A stretch of DNA of 64,000 nucleotides, taken from positions 22,548,299 through 22,612,298 of the forward strand of contig NC_134025.1 of assembly GCF_964204645.1 (NCBI RefSeq), in the 5' to 3' direction. The stretch comes from Tubulanus polymorphus (taxonomy: Eukaryota; Animalia; Nemertea). This document shows positions 26,351-61,960 of this stretch, in pieces (position 1 is the first letter of the stretch; each line of letters starts with the position of its first letter). The translations under genes and the position numbers were made by a program. The notes below the pieces were generated by a model. It was not told the DNA's origin and did not search any database. It saw only the letters and a list, made by a program, of their open reading frames with translations.

Positions 26351-28819
26351 TTTGAAAAATAAGAAAGTCACATTTTTAACTTGTCAATTTAGTGTATAAA
26401 AGATGATGATTATATAATAAATTGAGGCCTTATCCAACTTAAGAATGATTTACTGATAAGATGTTGTTTTAGAGTCCACTCAGTGGTTAATTATGTGTTA
26501 AGTACCAGTAGGTATTTGTTTGAATCTGTCTCAAAGATTGGGTAATTCAGGTAACAAGGTTTTTGTTGATATTAAACAAGTTTGAAGAAATCTCATGAAT
26601 TTAGGCAGGATGTACAGTTAGGTCTCTTTGACATACCCCAAAGATATGCATTATATAGTTATACAACCCGCTTAGTCAGCATTTTGGTCTAATCTAGACA
26701 TCGATTGTGTTCGCTAGAATTTTATATCAAATTTTCCAGATTAAGTGGCTATTTGGTCAAGATTCTGGCTGCAGTTGAGTACGTGTAAGTTTGATCACAT
26801 GGGACCGTAATTTTTAATCCGAATTATGCGTATATGAAAGTTTTTGGTAATTTCTGAGACGAATGGAATTCATAGTTTCCGTGCTGATTTTGTTACTCAT
26901 ATATTGCAGGTATGATGAAAATATTAAATATAAATACGAATTTGAAATGGGAAAGATTTCCTTACGAAATTATAGGTTGAAAATCAATAGCGCATTTTAC
27001 AGTGTACTGGAATATGAATGTTATATCATTTTACACCTACATATGTATGTATTTTTGTTACGCTTTTGAAAGTAGTGTGTGACGTGTAGGGGTGAAACAC
27101 CGCTGCCCGACTGCCTGTCAATCAAAATTTTCATTCATATGCAAGCGATTCTGTGTAACTGTTGCATTCATGGTCAGACATACTGCATAGTCTGACCGAA
27201 AATTCAAAATGACATCTTCTGAATTTTGATCTCAGTTAGACATACCGCTACGAAAATGCACACTATGCTTTCTGTAAGGCATATCGGACTGAAGCGTACT
27301 CTACTGAATTGTTCGTAGACTGTGCATCCTGCCATGAAATATTTTTATATGCAATACAAAGTAATGTTAATGGACTTAATGTTAAATAAATGTTCCGATA
27401 TAATATATATATATTTGTCATCGATAGAATAGAAATGATCTTTTATAGTGTTTATAGTAGAGTATGACGTAACAATTATCGCGTAGACGTCGACTGTAAA
27501 AAGGTTGAGTTTTACAAGGTGCTGATAACCGAAACTGCAAATAAAATTTGTGTTCAAACTTCCATACATGATGAATAAGAAAAAAGCTGCTCTTGTTTCT
27601 GGCTGTAAAACAATCGGAAATACTGTTCAAGTCATAAGTATTTGTGTAGTTGTTTTAATACTTAAGGTACTTAAATGTTTGTGTGTAGGTCCCATTGTCT
27701 GTTAGATAGCGTAAACCTTTTAGTGATCCATACTATCATCTATGAAATAGATATTGATCGCGGTGCGTACTCAGTAGAGCTGGGAATATGTTACAGTCCG
27801 CAGTTCAAAGCCCGATACGGCGTCAGTGGACTAGCTTCTAAAGCTGACATTCATAAGACTGTAACTTGAATAAAAGGAATTGAAAAATAAAGTTTATTAG
27901 AAATAGTTCAACAAATCTTTTCTCACTTTTTATCGATATATCACGGATGAATGTGGAATGATTCATTCAGTTGCAATTTCTCTGGATAAATTTTTGTAGT
28001 TAATAGGAAAACCTATGTATCGGTTATTTGGAGAATTGAGGAAATTTCATTTTTTTTCCAGAGATCAAGGAGTTTGGAGTCTAGCAAGCAGGTGCCCATG
28101 TCCTGGGAGTGCTCCCAGAGAAAACTTTTGAAGGAGCAATTTCACATCAGCATGAACAAGGCCCACAATATACAAAATTTTAGAAGATTAAAAACATTTT
28201 ATCAAAAATTAAGAACAAAAGACACAACGTTGCACTCTTGGATCAGTACTGAGGTTAAGTGTTTTCAAACAAAATTGTCCATTTCAATTCTGTTGAAGTT
28301 TAACTTCAACTTCCACAGATTTTTAATCAAATCCATGATTATGTCACACTACCTGTCCTCACTGTTTTTCAGTCGAAGTTGTATATCCAATTTAATCTAC
28401 TGAGTCAGTAGAAGTCATTTGGATAATGAATGTCCCTGCTACGGTTCATTGATCTAAGTTAGTTTGACTGTAGTAGTTCATATTATATGTTTGTAGCTTG
28501 GTCAAATATCAACAAGCAAGAACTTTGTCCAGAAAAATAGACCATCAAAACAGCTATGAGCAACCGATTACCATAATCATCATCATTATCCTTTTATTTA
28601 TCATATTAAAGTCCCTCTGTACACGTCAGTGAAAAGACATTTGACAAATAATGACTATAAATATGCATTGTACAAGACTTAGATAAGATTTTTATTTAAT
28701 GTCCATCCATAAATACACAACCATTCTTCGCATTCACCAAATAATTCAATTGCACAAAACTCATCGGTTCGAAGGTATATACACTAAAGTTATGAATCAG
28801 TACTATATATTCTTTGGAT

Positions 28820-30753
28820 TTATGCCTTCCTTTTCGTTTTCGCTTTGGTTTTCTTCTCTTTCTTCTTCAATCCATCCATATTGGCTTTGATTACATTTGC
28901 ATAGGCCTGAAATGCAATACAGCATTGTTGCTGATGAGTACAAAATTTTACAAAGACACTTTTCTCTAACCAACCTACGGCTGGTCTTCGAATTTTGGAA
29001 TTGATGCCATAATTGATCGTGTAACCAATGTCTTAAATTTACATCACTACTTACTAATTGAAATCTATTCATTTCCTTCTGATTTACCTAAAATGAATCG
29101 AAAAAATTTGCAAAGCATAAGTAACAGTTAATGATGATAATTCATTAAGCCTTAAGTCAATATTCTTATTGGCTCTGCATGATACTATTGGAAAATTAAA
29201 AGAACTAGTTTAATAAAACGTTTAAAGCCTAGGTTAAGACTAAATTGAATTATACTCACTACTGTAGCTATTTTCTTGCTTCCTAATGATGCTCTAATTA
29301 AACACTTTAATTCCTCTTGTGGTGTGGTTTGGTGGCTGGTGGAACTGGTTCCTTTTTGATCTTTCTTATCCTTAGGCTGAGGTGTAGTGCGACCATCATC
29401 TGCAATATTTTGTAATACTGGTATCTTAAGATCCCTAAATATTTCACCTGGTATATCAAAACTCGACTGAATTAGGTCACAAGGGTGGTATAAATTAAGA
29501 GTTTCCAACTTTTGACAATCTATACCCCCCGGCCCTGTTTGATTCTAGGCAGGTGTAGCAGGTTTGCAAGGGACATACCAACAAATAGCATTAAATCAAA
29601 TCAATCAACTTAATGAATAAGAGGAGCAATTTCCCAAGACTGTGGTGTCGTGACCCTGAAGTTTAAATCTACCAAATGGTTCAGTTAGCTCCATGGGTCA
29701 TTCGACTACTTACACCGTTTCATCGTGATAGTAAGAGATCCTGACTGTTTTGACCTTTGAAAATATCTTGTCAGCTCACTCAAAAACTGCAACATAAACA
29801 AAATGAAGACAATAGAACTGGTAGAGAAGCAAACATATCTATCGGCCAACCGGATCAATTAAACAACATCATGCCAAGATCTTCCATCTCCCTCGATGGA
29901 ATAGTCGCCCAACTTATAAAGGCTTGCTCGGTGGACTTGTTTCAGCACGACTTGCTGTAGTGACCCTTTTGACTTTTAACTGTTGCCTTTACATTGCCAA
30001 TCTATGTTTGCCGAATAGACTACGAATTTGTAATATCCTTAAACGAACTACCAAGTGTGCAACTGGCATAATCTTCAAATTGCAGATGAATGCAGAATAG
30101 ATTGATGGTATGGAAGATGGCATGCACCCAATGATGACAAGTTTTGTATCTTTATGGTACATTTTTGCATCCAAATGTAGCATATACAATCAACCCCTGA
30201 TATACCACCCACATCGGTGCAGAACGATTTTGGCACTATTTGTAAAGAAATGTACCGTACATTGTCATTGAGAAAACCTGGCGGTAGGCGGGGTGGCGGT
30301 AAATGGGAGGGTGATATATCGGTGGTTGACTATACGCAACAGGAGAGAGATTAATGATAGTAATGATCTGTATAGGAGAGAGGGCAGCTAGGAATCCCTA
30401 TGCGCCCGGAGCAAGTAAGCGGACTTATGTTATCGCTGCCGCTGAGGTGATTCCAATCAGCTGGTGGGTGGGACCAGTGAATCGGTCAGTCCTGCACTGC
30501 GGAACGACGAAGCACTGGCGTTACTCATCATTTTTCTGTCAACAACATTGAGATTGGAGTTTATACGACCACTCGAAAGAAATGACATATTGTTTATTGA
30601 ATATAATAGAATTGAATTGGGACGGGTCTAACTTTATTAGGTTTGCCTTGGTGAGAATGCTTTGAATTGTAGCACCATTTCGCGACAAAATAAGAACGGC
30701 TTCGAATACAAGACTACGTTGTTACTCACGTTATCATTTTCCAGTAATACCAT
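28820..30753 (-). CDS. SRP14: Signal recognition particle 14 kDa protein
   Basis: Exons 30753-30730, 29786-29714, 29399-29260, 29087-29055, 28906-28820 give MVLLENDNFLSELTRYFQRSKQSGSLTITMKRYDGRT...CLIRASLGSKKIATVVNQKEMNRFQLAYANVIKANMDGLKKKEKK. Confidence 0.95.
30186..30331. mobile_element. Tc1/mariner-type MITE in SRP14 intron 1
   Basis: Degenerate TIRs caatcaacccctgatata / tatatcggtggttgac flanked by TA. Confidence 0.5.
30354..30535 (+). ncRNA. Putative structured ncRNA of unknown class (antisense in SRP14 intron 1)
   Basis: Terminal stem, multi-way junction, loop-loop complementarity and T-run at 3' end; see findings. No match to RNA families I can recall. Confidence 0.4.
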
Positions 30754-31481
30754 CTTTAAAGAAGGGCTTTTGAACACTAAGCAGCTGTTATAAATCAGTG
30801 CGACTCAATGCGGAAATGTACACGGTGGAATAAGCGTAAATCACGGATTCGGATTCGGAATCTGGCCAATACTCGCTTCCCTCACTCAGAGATTTACTCA
30901 AGGTCGTCGACCGGACCAAAAATATTTTTTCTTTGGCGAACTTTTTTAAGGGTAATATAGTAATGAAGCATGCAGGGACATCTATTTGGCTATTCTTTAT
31001 CAGAGCAGGAGGTGTATGATAGAGTACGCAATGAAACACCTCCTGCACTAGCCAAATTAAAAAATTATGATGATTAATAATAGTCACCTCTTAATTGTCA
31101 CCTTCTTGTCAGTCAGTGGTCAATGACAATTAATTAGTTTACCTATCCAACGTAACTGAACCTTTCATTGCATCAAGAATACTTGCCTTTGGCCCTGCAG
31201 TGTCTATGTAGCGATTAAGGGAGGCCTTTTAACAGATTATCATTTATCTAATGTTCTGTTCAATTTTTTTCATTTCAAGGAACAATCTAATGCTTTATAA
31301 ATCCACCTCTGAATTATTGACCACTATACTGCTACAGCTGGTAATAGGAATCTATACCAGCCACAGCTACGAGTCGAACAGTGAGGAACACTGTAGCCAC
31401 AGTGCCAACAGTCACAGTGCACCGGTCCAGTCTCTGAATGATCCACAGCTCGCAAAATGTGCCAGTAACAGTAATACAAAT

Positions 31482-32427
31482 ATGGCATTAGTTGTTTATG
31501 AAGAAAAACAAAACTTCCTCGAACGCTTTTACGACGATAAATGGCATTATACTTGTAAAGACAAGGTTCTAAGTGTTAAGCAAAAGTGGACCGAGTTAGG
31601 AGTCGCTGGTGTGGTTTGGGACGCTGTAAGTATCAAAATTATCAGTAAAAAAGCAGAATAAGCATTTATGACGTGCATTCCAAACTTCTGTTTGCTTCAG
31701 GCAACTGTGTTGAGCGATTTCTTGCAAGGCAAGGCTGAACTTGTCAAGGGAAAGAAAGTGCTAGAAATTGGTGCAGGAACAGGTCTTGTCGGCCTTTACT
31801 CAAATGTATTAGGTAAGTCTAATAATCTTTTAATGCCTTGTGTCAAAAATTCATAAAGGCTAGTCTTTATGAATTTTTGCTTGTATTTATTGAAATGCTT
31901 ACATAGCAGAAGTTTTTCGTTATCATCTCATTTCATCAGAACTTCTCCTCAATTCTCTGTAAAATGATTATTTTTGGAAAAAGCTTTCAATCTCATCTGT
32001 ATCTAGATCAAAATTTTCCTTTTCTATATAACAGATTCTGATTTTGTCTTGTCAAGGTGCAGAGGTTACCATTACGGACAGACAGGAGGTGCTGGATCAT
32101 ATACGAAATGTTGTTAAGCACAACGAATTGGACAATTCTCGATTAACGGTCGCAGAATTAGACTGGACAAAAAACTATCCGGAATTCGGTACATTTGATG
32201 TTATCGTCGGCGCCGATGTCATCTACATCGAATCATTATTTCAAGACTTACTCAAGACACTTACGAATCTCAGCAATAGTGAAACTGTAGTGTTTCTGTC
32301 CTGTAAAATACGCTACGATAAAGACTGGAGATTTATCGACATGTTGAAAAAGACAATGCACGTCGAAGAGGTTTTACACGATAAAGACAGAGATATACGT
32401 ATATTTAAAGCTAATAAAGTCGTTTGA
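31482..32427 (+). CDS. METTL21A: Protein N-lysine methyltransferase METTL21A-like
   Basis: Exons 31482-31625, 31701-31812, 32057-32427: MALVVYEE...GVAGVVWDA, motif I VLEIGAGTGLVG, VTITD, AELDW, FDVIVGADVIY, CKIRY. An in-frame upstream ATG exists at 31290. Confidence 0.9.
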
Positions 32428-32813
32428 ATGAATTAAGAAATTCACATTGCTTGTCTTCTTTTTTTCGGGATTTTGATCGAGCATGTGTCTCGATCATTTT
32501 GATTCATCGGTTTTTTGCAAACCTAGAATTGCATCATAAATAGGACAATTTTGATAATTTCATACTGGATATGACGAAATATTGGTTATAATGAACAGTC
32601 TTTCCGGTACCCTGAAGTTTGCTGCGACGAGGTGCTACCGTAATAAGTTTTGGATTTTTTCGTTACGCCGGGCAATTAAGCCCGAGGTCTGGACCGCTTC
32701 AACTATAGACCAACTGGTGCTGCCACCAATTTTGTTATGATCCGCCATTATCGCATCTGTCAAAATTTCGAAAATTCCATCAAACATTTTCTTTTTCCAA
32801 CCTCGCAAATATC

Positions 32814-54826
<22,013 letters not shown>

Positions 54827-56281
54827 TGTACTGGTACTGCGAAACTACGAAATTTGTGGCCGATTGGACTGTCATGGATTCAAGCCCGAGAGATCATTTT
54901 AGTTCTACATCCATATACACACTACCGCGACTGCGCGAGACTAACTTGAGCTGTTCTTGTTTCTAAAGCCAATGCCACAGTCTTGTTCGAGCTCGTCATG
55001 ATTTTTTTCTTCGGTCTTAAAAGTAAAACAAATCCTGTCAAAAGCTTGAAGTTTCGGGTGTCATTCGGTCGGAGAAATTACATATGTGTTATAATTATTA
55101 CAGCACGTACATTGCGATACGCACCTTCCATATTGAGTTTCAGTAAATCAATCTTACTAATTAGCCGTGTTAGATTCACGTTCCAGTTACCCATTTTGAC
55201 AGGCCGTTTAATAAGGCATTGTTGTTTTTTAATGTTCTATCCAATGATGATGGCAATGTCGTTATTTGTATTTCATGCTAAATAAGTAGTGCATGTGTTC
55301 CTGAACTGATGCATCTGATGGTTATGTGAACCTAACTGAGTACATTAGATTCTGCGCCTAAGTTGGTCGGTAATTGTGATGAGAATATTGAATAGTTTTT
55401 GGTACAAATAATGAAATAACGATTAATACCCAGCTGTATACTTATCTGCTATAGAATACAGAAAAAACTAAGCTCAACTGTATTGTATTTTCTGCTGTGT
55501 GAGAGCAAAGATTCTGCGCTTAGCAAGCGCCGAATCACCTGTAAGCGCGATATTTTGGAAAATTCGACACCACATAAATAAAGACCCTCCTAAGCCCATC
55601 TGATATATACAGTATATTCTGTTGGGTCGATTGCCTCGGATATGCCCACAAAGTAATATTATCACATATATGAATTTTCAGACTCCATTCATCTTGATAA
55701 TCTATCCGACTGCTCCGGAATTCACATACATTGGAGAAAATTTATTAGTCCCATGAGATCCGAGGCAAATGGAGTCTACTGTATTTTACTGGTCACCATT
55801 TGGGAAATTTCAAGTTTTTCAAGTCTCAGCACTAATGTGATCGACCTTGAGAAAGAAGTAACTGTGGCCTTACTACTATTATTTTCATCGAATGAAATGG
55901 TGTAATCCTGATTGAAACAGGTGAATGAAATCTATTTACGTACGCCAGCCATGGAATTTCTCTATACATCACTCATTGATGTGTTAATCACTCATCTATA
56001 TTTACAGTAAATATTTAAATAGAATTTCCACCCTTTCCTTGTTCCTTGACAACTCACGTCTTGGCTCTTCTTCCTGGTGATGTAAATGATTCGATTATCG
56101 GTTGCTCCGTGATAGGTTGTTTTTGCTCGTAACCGTTAACACTCTACTGGCGATGGCTGCAGTGTGTTTTTCTTATGTATTTCGTTGGAAAAAAACCTTC
56201 CATTACAAACATTTCTTTTATAGGCACTTAAGTTTGTAGAAAAAAAAGCTGATAAATCTTGCCTGCATTTGACTTAAAAGG

Positions 56282-56490
56282 GGCGTTGGAAGCAATTTTT
56301 GATATCAAATCCTAATATTGCTGCTAAGATTCTGAGATTCTGATATTGCGGTGGTGAATTTACTTCAATTTTGTCAAAAACATAGTTTTGAAAGACAAAA
56401 ATGTCATTCAATAAATTTATTGAAAGCCACAGCAATCATTTATGATTGCTGTGGCTTTCGCCGCTGCAGTCGCTACAGTTCCAACGCTTC
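56282..56490. mobile_element. MITE with GCGTTGGAAGC-type TIR (relative at ~10230-10434)
   Basis: gcgttggaag / gttccaacgc ends; ttggaagcaatttttgat shared in reverse with ~10408-10427. Confidence 0.5.
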
Positions 56491-57621
56491 TGCTTAATAA
56501 GTGAAATAGCCAACTAACCAGGATCTTATCGAGTTTGAAACATGACGACGATAATCTATGCTTTTTAACACAAAGTGAATTAATTCGAAAAATATGTGAA
56601 CATAGTTATAACATGCAATTATGGCTTTTAAAATTTAGTATGAAATTAATTAGTCCTTTCCATGATATTCATTTGGAAATTTGTAGATTTCGATGAACAT
56701 TTATTTTGACTCCGTCCATTGTTTATGTAAAAATGCATGATATATCTCTGAAATCTAGTGTATGATATTTTTGCTTTTGAAATAAACTGCTTTATCAAAT
56801 TGAAGCTAAATAGAAATACTTTCGATTTTGTTATAATTTCGTTGTATTTTAGCGTGATTGGACTAAGCTCTACTTGTGAGTTCATTCATCCGAATAGGAC
56901 GAAAGGTCGAACCTACTGAGAGATATTACTCGGAGATGATCCCTTTATCGCTGCGCCAATCAGCGCTCATTACTCGTCGCGGGACAGTAGACTAGATAGG
57001 CGTTGAGATGGCCCCTTTCTAAACTCGACTAAATCGATATTTAGTGTGGAGCCGTAGAGCGCCGCTGCTGTTGAACATTCGTGTGCGCGATCTCTCATAG
57101 TTCCGTGAATTTTCAACTGGTTTTAACGTCGAATATTTCCTAAACATGCCCGCGTTCCCATCTGGAATATCCGCGGATCGGTTCTGATTGTCGCCTAGAG
57201 GAATACCGTCCGGTAGACGTTCGTGGTCAGTGTAGATTATTGTTAGAAAAGTTAGCGTTAAAAGTTGCCTATCCCAACAACAAGTCTCTCTATAGGCCTA
57301 TCTATAAGGTCTATATCTATCTACGCTACATTCATACAAGTATGGTTTCTGAGAAGTAAATCGCTGGCCGCCGCCGTCTCTCTGTCGTAAATGTGATAAG
57401 TTATCAATCATGTTCTATGTAAGTAAACTACATGGTGGATTTACCTGATTATTCAAACATTTCCGAGAAGATCATGACGAAAGAATCATCAATTTGTTAA
57501 ACTTCGCGATCCGACCGACCCGGCTAAGCTCGCTGTCGTTATTTTATCGTTGAAAGGATTTATCATTATTACGTTTTCGAATATCTTGTTATAAGTAACG
57601 CGATCGGGTCGAACAGAAAAT

Positions 57622-57775
57622 ATGCTGTTTCAAGGAGATTATTTAGACGGTTCGTGGGATCTGACAATTCTGGTCACCGATGTACCGATTCCCGAGCGTC
57701 AAGTCGAGAAAACCCTACGCGTGAAAGGTGATCTTCACATTGGGGGCGTGATGTTCAGGCTCGTCGAGGCACTCG
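57622..57775 (+). CDS. FERMT: Kindlin / fermitin family (UNC-112) first coding exon; gene continues beyond window
   Basis: [20 protein letters not shown]...[23 protein letters not shown] followed by phase-1 donor gtaggt; this is the start of the kindlin F0 domain. Not in the ORF track (<60 aa). Confidence 0.92.
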
Positions 57776-58027
57776 GTAGGTTAACTCCCCTCCAGAAATA
57801 ATTAAATACCTAGGCCTAACTCTAATCTGATGAAACATTAACTCATTTAGGCTATTTCAGAGAATGCGAAAATGTGTATGGCTGTTCTTGTGTACTTTTC
57901 ATGTTCTGAATGTTTTGGTTGGAGTGTGTTGCATGAAATATCTTATTTTATCTATTCGTCACGGGCCAGTAACTTCTTCGGCAAAAGCTTTCCGTATGTT
58001 TGCTGCAACTTGATGGTACTGATAAAT

Positions 58028-58091
58028 ATTACCATTACGCAGCTACCTGTGGAATTACCATTACGCAGCTACCTGTGGAATATATACGCAG
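58028..58091. repeat. 26-bp tandem repeat x2 plus partial third
   Basis: attaccattacgcagctacctgtgga repeated. Confidence 0.85.
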
Positions 58092-61000
58092 TATAAGCTG
58101 TTCTACGTGGGTGCTGTTATGTAGCTACGTATCATGGAACTGCGAGGATGAGCTATTTTTGGCACCTCTTCGTGAATCATTAGGTCTCTCTCTCTCTGAA
58201 AGTCGGCCTAAACAGTTTATGTTCGAAACTGCAGAGAACTCATCCCCTATAGCTTCTTAGAACTTTCTTATCTTGAGTTGGATCAAAAATTCTATGCATC
58301 AGGCCAACATTTCATAAAGACTAGTCTTTATGAACTTTTGATCAGGCCCATCCCAGGGGGATGTGTTGGGTGTGGACGACCTCAAATGTTTCAGCGACTT
58401 TGTTAGGCCTATATGAAATATTCACTAACTTTGGCAGGAAAAATATCCAAAACACTTCAAATCCCTTTCAGTTCTGCCTTATCTAAATTCGCACCCACCC
58501 AAAATAAGAACTGCCTACATGGGCCTGTACATAAGATAGGCTAATACTTCAGCATCGCATGTAAAGAGACTAGCCCGATACAATCTCATAAATGCATGGA
58601 GTCGGCCACATGATCTTAATTTCGAAATTGTTTGTCTTAGAAGTTTTGATTACCTCGGGGATCTCGAAACATTGAAGATCAATTGCCGGAGATCAATGGA
58701 GGCGGGTTTCGATGTTAAATAGACATATAAAGATTTGATGTTTCACTCTCAATATCGATATATTTCTGTTGTAAATGGTTGTGGTTTAAAAATGTATAAT
58801 TTCTTCTTTGATTCCGCTAGCTAAGCATTATGAATGTAACGGACATTCCGGTAAGATCAATGTTGTCGTCTCGTATTGTAAAACAACCTACGTCTTCTTT
58901 GTAGACGAAAAACAATTTTTTCGTAAACCCCTTCGGTTATTCATTGTAATCGTTTACTATGGGCCCTAGAATAGCGCGCACTCGACATTGCTTTACACGG
59001 GGAAAACGGTTCTTAGACCTTGTTCTTTGTGCCTGCATGATTTATTTATTGTCGATAATATTTTCGTCTCTTTTGTTCGTGTTTTATATCTATTGCGGTA
59101 TTTGATATTAAGCCTAAAGCAAAAATGATGGAAAAAATTTGGACTGTTGAAATCAGTTCCGATTATGAGTAATATATCCAAGTTTGATATATAGACTGGC
59201 ATATTTTTTCATACAGCCTAGATGTAGACGTGTGGTTAGTGAAATGTTTCAATGAATACCTGTTGGTTTGATTGGGACTTGTTTTGATATGTACTGTTCT
59301 CGCTAAAGGGCCAAATTTTCATTATCTACAATGGAGGTTTCGGATAGGTGTATGATTGTATCCAGCTTCAACCATGTAACCTGAATCTTGCAGTTAATAT
59401 GAAAAATAATCTGTAGGTGAATTGACGCCTCGAGCTAGGGTCACACGGCACGCGATCGCGACTGAATTTATACGCCCGATACTGAATGGGCACGCGCACC
59501 AATCAATAGCCATTTTAACGAATCACATGGTATCCATAATGCATCTTACCGGTTTATGAAATTCGATTGCTCGACATTCAGGTGTAAATGTCACGGGCGA
59601 TTCATTGGGCAATTCAGTTGCCCGTAAAGAATTATCGCCTTTTGGATGATTTGTCAAGTCTACATAATTGGGCAAAGAAATGCTTGTGTGCCTGTGGTCA
59701 TCACCAGAGGGGTGAAGGGTGCAGACGACCTCTCTTCTTTCAAATTTTGTTAATTTGTTTTACGCATTCTGAAAATTTCATAAATATTTTGCCTTCCAGA
59801 AAACACCCCTCTCAAGCTTCGAATTTCAAAAATTAAGACCAGTTGAGGACGATTTAACAATTTCAAAAATTCCGAGATGATTGTTTGCCTTCGACAGTCA
59901 GCTGATGTGGTGCTAAGTACCAGGGTATGAGGCATAGTTACGCTTGTATTAATTCTGACCCCCTTTAAAAATCCCAGTGACTCCTAGGTGCCCCTAGCCT
60001 AAGTTGAAATAATCTTAAGCTGAATAAAAGGGATTCATTATCCCTGGAATTAGAAATAGGAGATGGGAGAAATTAGAAATATCGCGTATATACGACGTGT
60101 TGAAATATTGAATTGAAGTTGACAAATCTGAAGTGTCTTGCTTCATCCATTGAACGAGTAAAAACACTCCGTAGTCTCCCAGGTTCTGAGACGAGATGCG
60201 TAGAGCGTAAAAACCTGGAATTCAAAAGTTTCGTCGATAACTCAAGATGAGAGTTTCTGTTGAAGTATGGATTAAAGTCGATATGTTACGATTCATCCAC
60301 GATTGTGATAGAAGATAGTTGAAGAATTTTATCATCTTCAGATTCTCAAGTGAAGTGAAGTGCAGTGCAGCGTAGTGTATAGTACTGTATGTTATATAGT
60401 TTGGCAGTTCAGGAATTCCAGACAGCCATCATCATCAGCATCTGCTTGAAACTCTTATTCAAATTGAGAAAGAGTAGGTTTTCAGGTCACCGCGGTAATT
60501 CTTTCTGTGATGGAACACTAACAGATGTTGTGTCGATCGATCAGGGAAAAAACCACCGTTTCGAAAATAGGGGAAGATCTATATAAGAAGTTGGGTCAAA
60601 CGTTTTGTTTTAGATAATCTATGTGAGTTTGATTTTAGCTGGTATTTCTGTATGCTTTACATTATTCTGGGTCTCTACGCGAAATAAGAGTAAAGAAAGC
60701 AATTTCCAGAAAAGGTCATTTCGAAGAGCTTTCCTGGAAAGGGATGTGCTGAACCTATCAAGTGTCTGTTATAGATGGTCGAGTCTAGTTTACCGGGGAT
60801 CGTTGTCAATTTGTCACCAGTGGGTTTTAGATCAAACGAATCATTGTTCCATCTTAATAGTGTCCTGTCATATCAAACGAATCCTTTTTTTGTTATAAGT
60901 AGCTTTATTAACAGAAGAACAATTTTACAATATATAAGTATGCTTAAGAGTATTTCGAAAAGACATTGCTAGCGATACAGTAGATAAACAGTTAAATTTG

Positions 61001-61759
61001 CTGCCAAAACATAATTTACAAAATGTTGCTGAAGAATAGTACGAGATAGAATATAACAATTAACTATGAAAATGCACTAATGATAATTAATAAGTTATAA
61101 GGCAATAAGTAGAAAAAAGGATAACAGGGCTTGAGGTGACTTAAGGATGAATGGAAATTAGTTTCAAAAAGGATTTCATAATGGTAAATGTTGATTGTTT
61201 GCTACAAATTTTGAAGTATTGTGTATTATTCATGTATTTGTATTGTTAGTTTCTCCAAAAAGTGAAAATTGGCGCTTCAAACGAATCAATCCTGTTGGCC
61301 TGATGTCTAAATCTTAACGTTCGAGGAAAACTGAAAAGTTCAAAACTTTTCAAATCTTAGCTTCGTCGCGACCGCCATCGATCTTGCGCGCCGGGGACCG
61401 CTGCCGGCTCGAGACGTAATTGACGGCTTGTTTTATCGAAGTATTTTATCGTTAATCCCGCGGCGATTAATCCACCGGCTATAGAGAAGCCGAATGAAGA
61501 AGCACTTAATTTCATCGATTCCGCGTACAAGGCAGATTAGACGAGTAATCGGGTTGATTGCACTATAACATCGCGCCGTGCGCGGATCGATGAAGACTTC
61601 CTTCACCCTAGAAATCATCGTCGGCTTGTTGCGCCGATGCGGTTTCGATTGTTGCCCGCACTTCGGTGAGAATGATCAATTGACCGGAAGAGGAAACTTC
61701 TTGATCTTACTAACATGCAGACCGGTTCACAGCTTTTGTTTTGCGAGTACTGTGACAAT

Positions 61760-61960
61760 AGCAGCGATCACACAGCGACGCTTTGGCATAGATCAGGCCA
61801 GAGTCAAATTTGGTCCATGCCTAATAAGAAAGCACGTTCACACGTAAACCACTCACTCTACTAAACAATGTTTAAACAAAGTGAAGTGAGTCACTTCTGG
61901 TTTGACTCGTACTGAAATTTAGCTCGGGCCTGGTCCAACGTTTTTGGTCGTGCAAAATTT
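61760..61960. mobile_element. MITE family A copy 5 (truncated)
   Basis: agcagcgatcacac start; aaaccactcactc..ctaaacaatg internal. Confidence 0.6.

Noticed and set aside
30369-30390. AGGAGAGA..AGC similarity to U6atac, and U3 box A-like GATCATTACTAT on the minus strand
   Set aside because: Remaining conserved elements of U6atac and U3 are absent.
32662-32677. Possible RFX X-box upstream of ciliary gene BBS8
   Set aside because: GTTACGCCGGGCAAT deviates too far from consensus to call.
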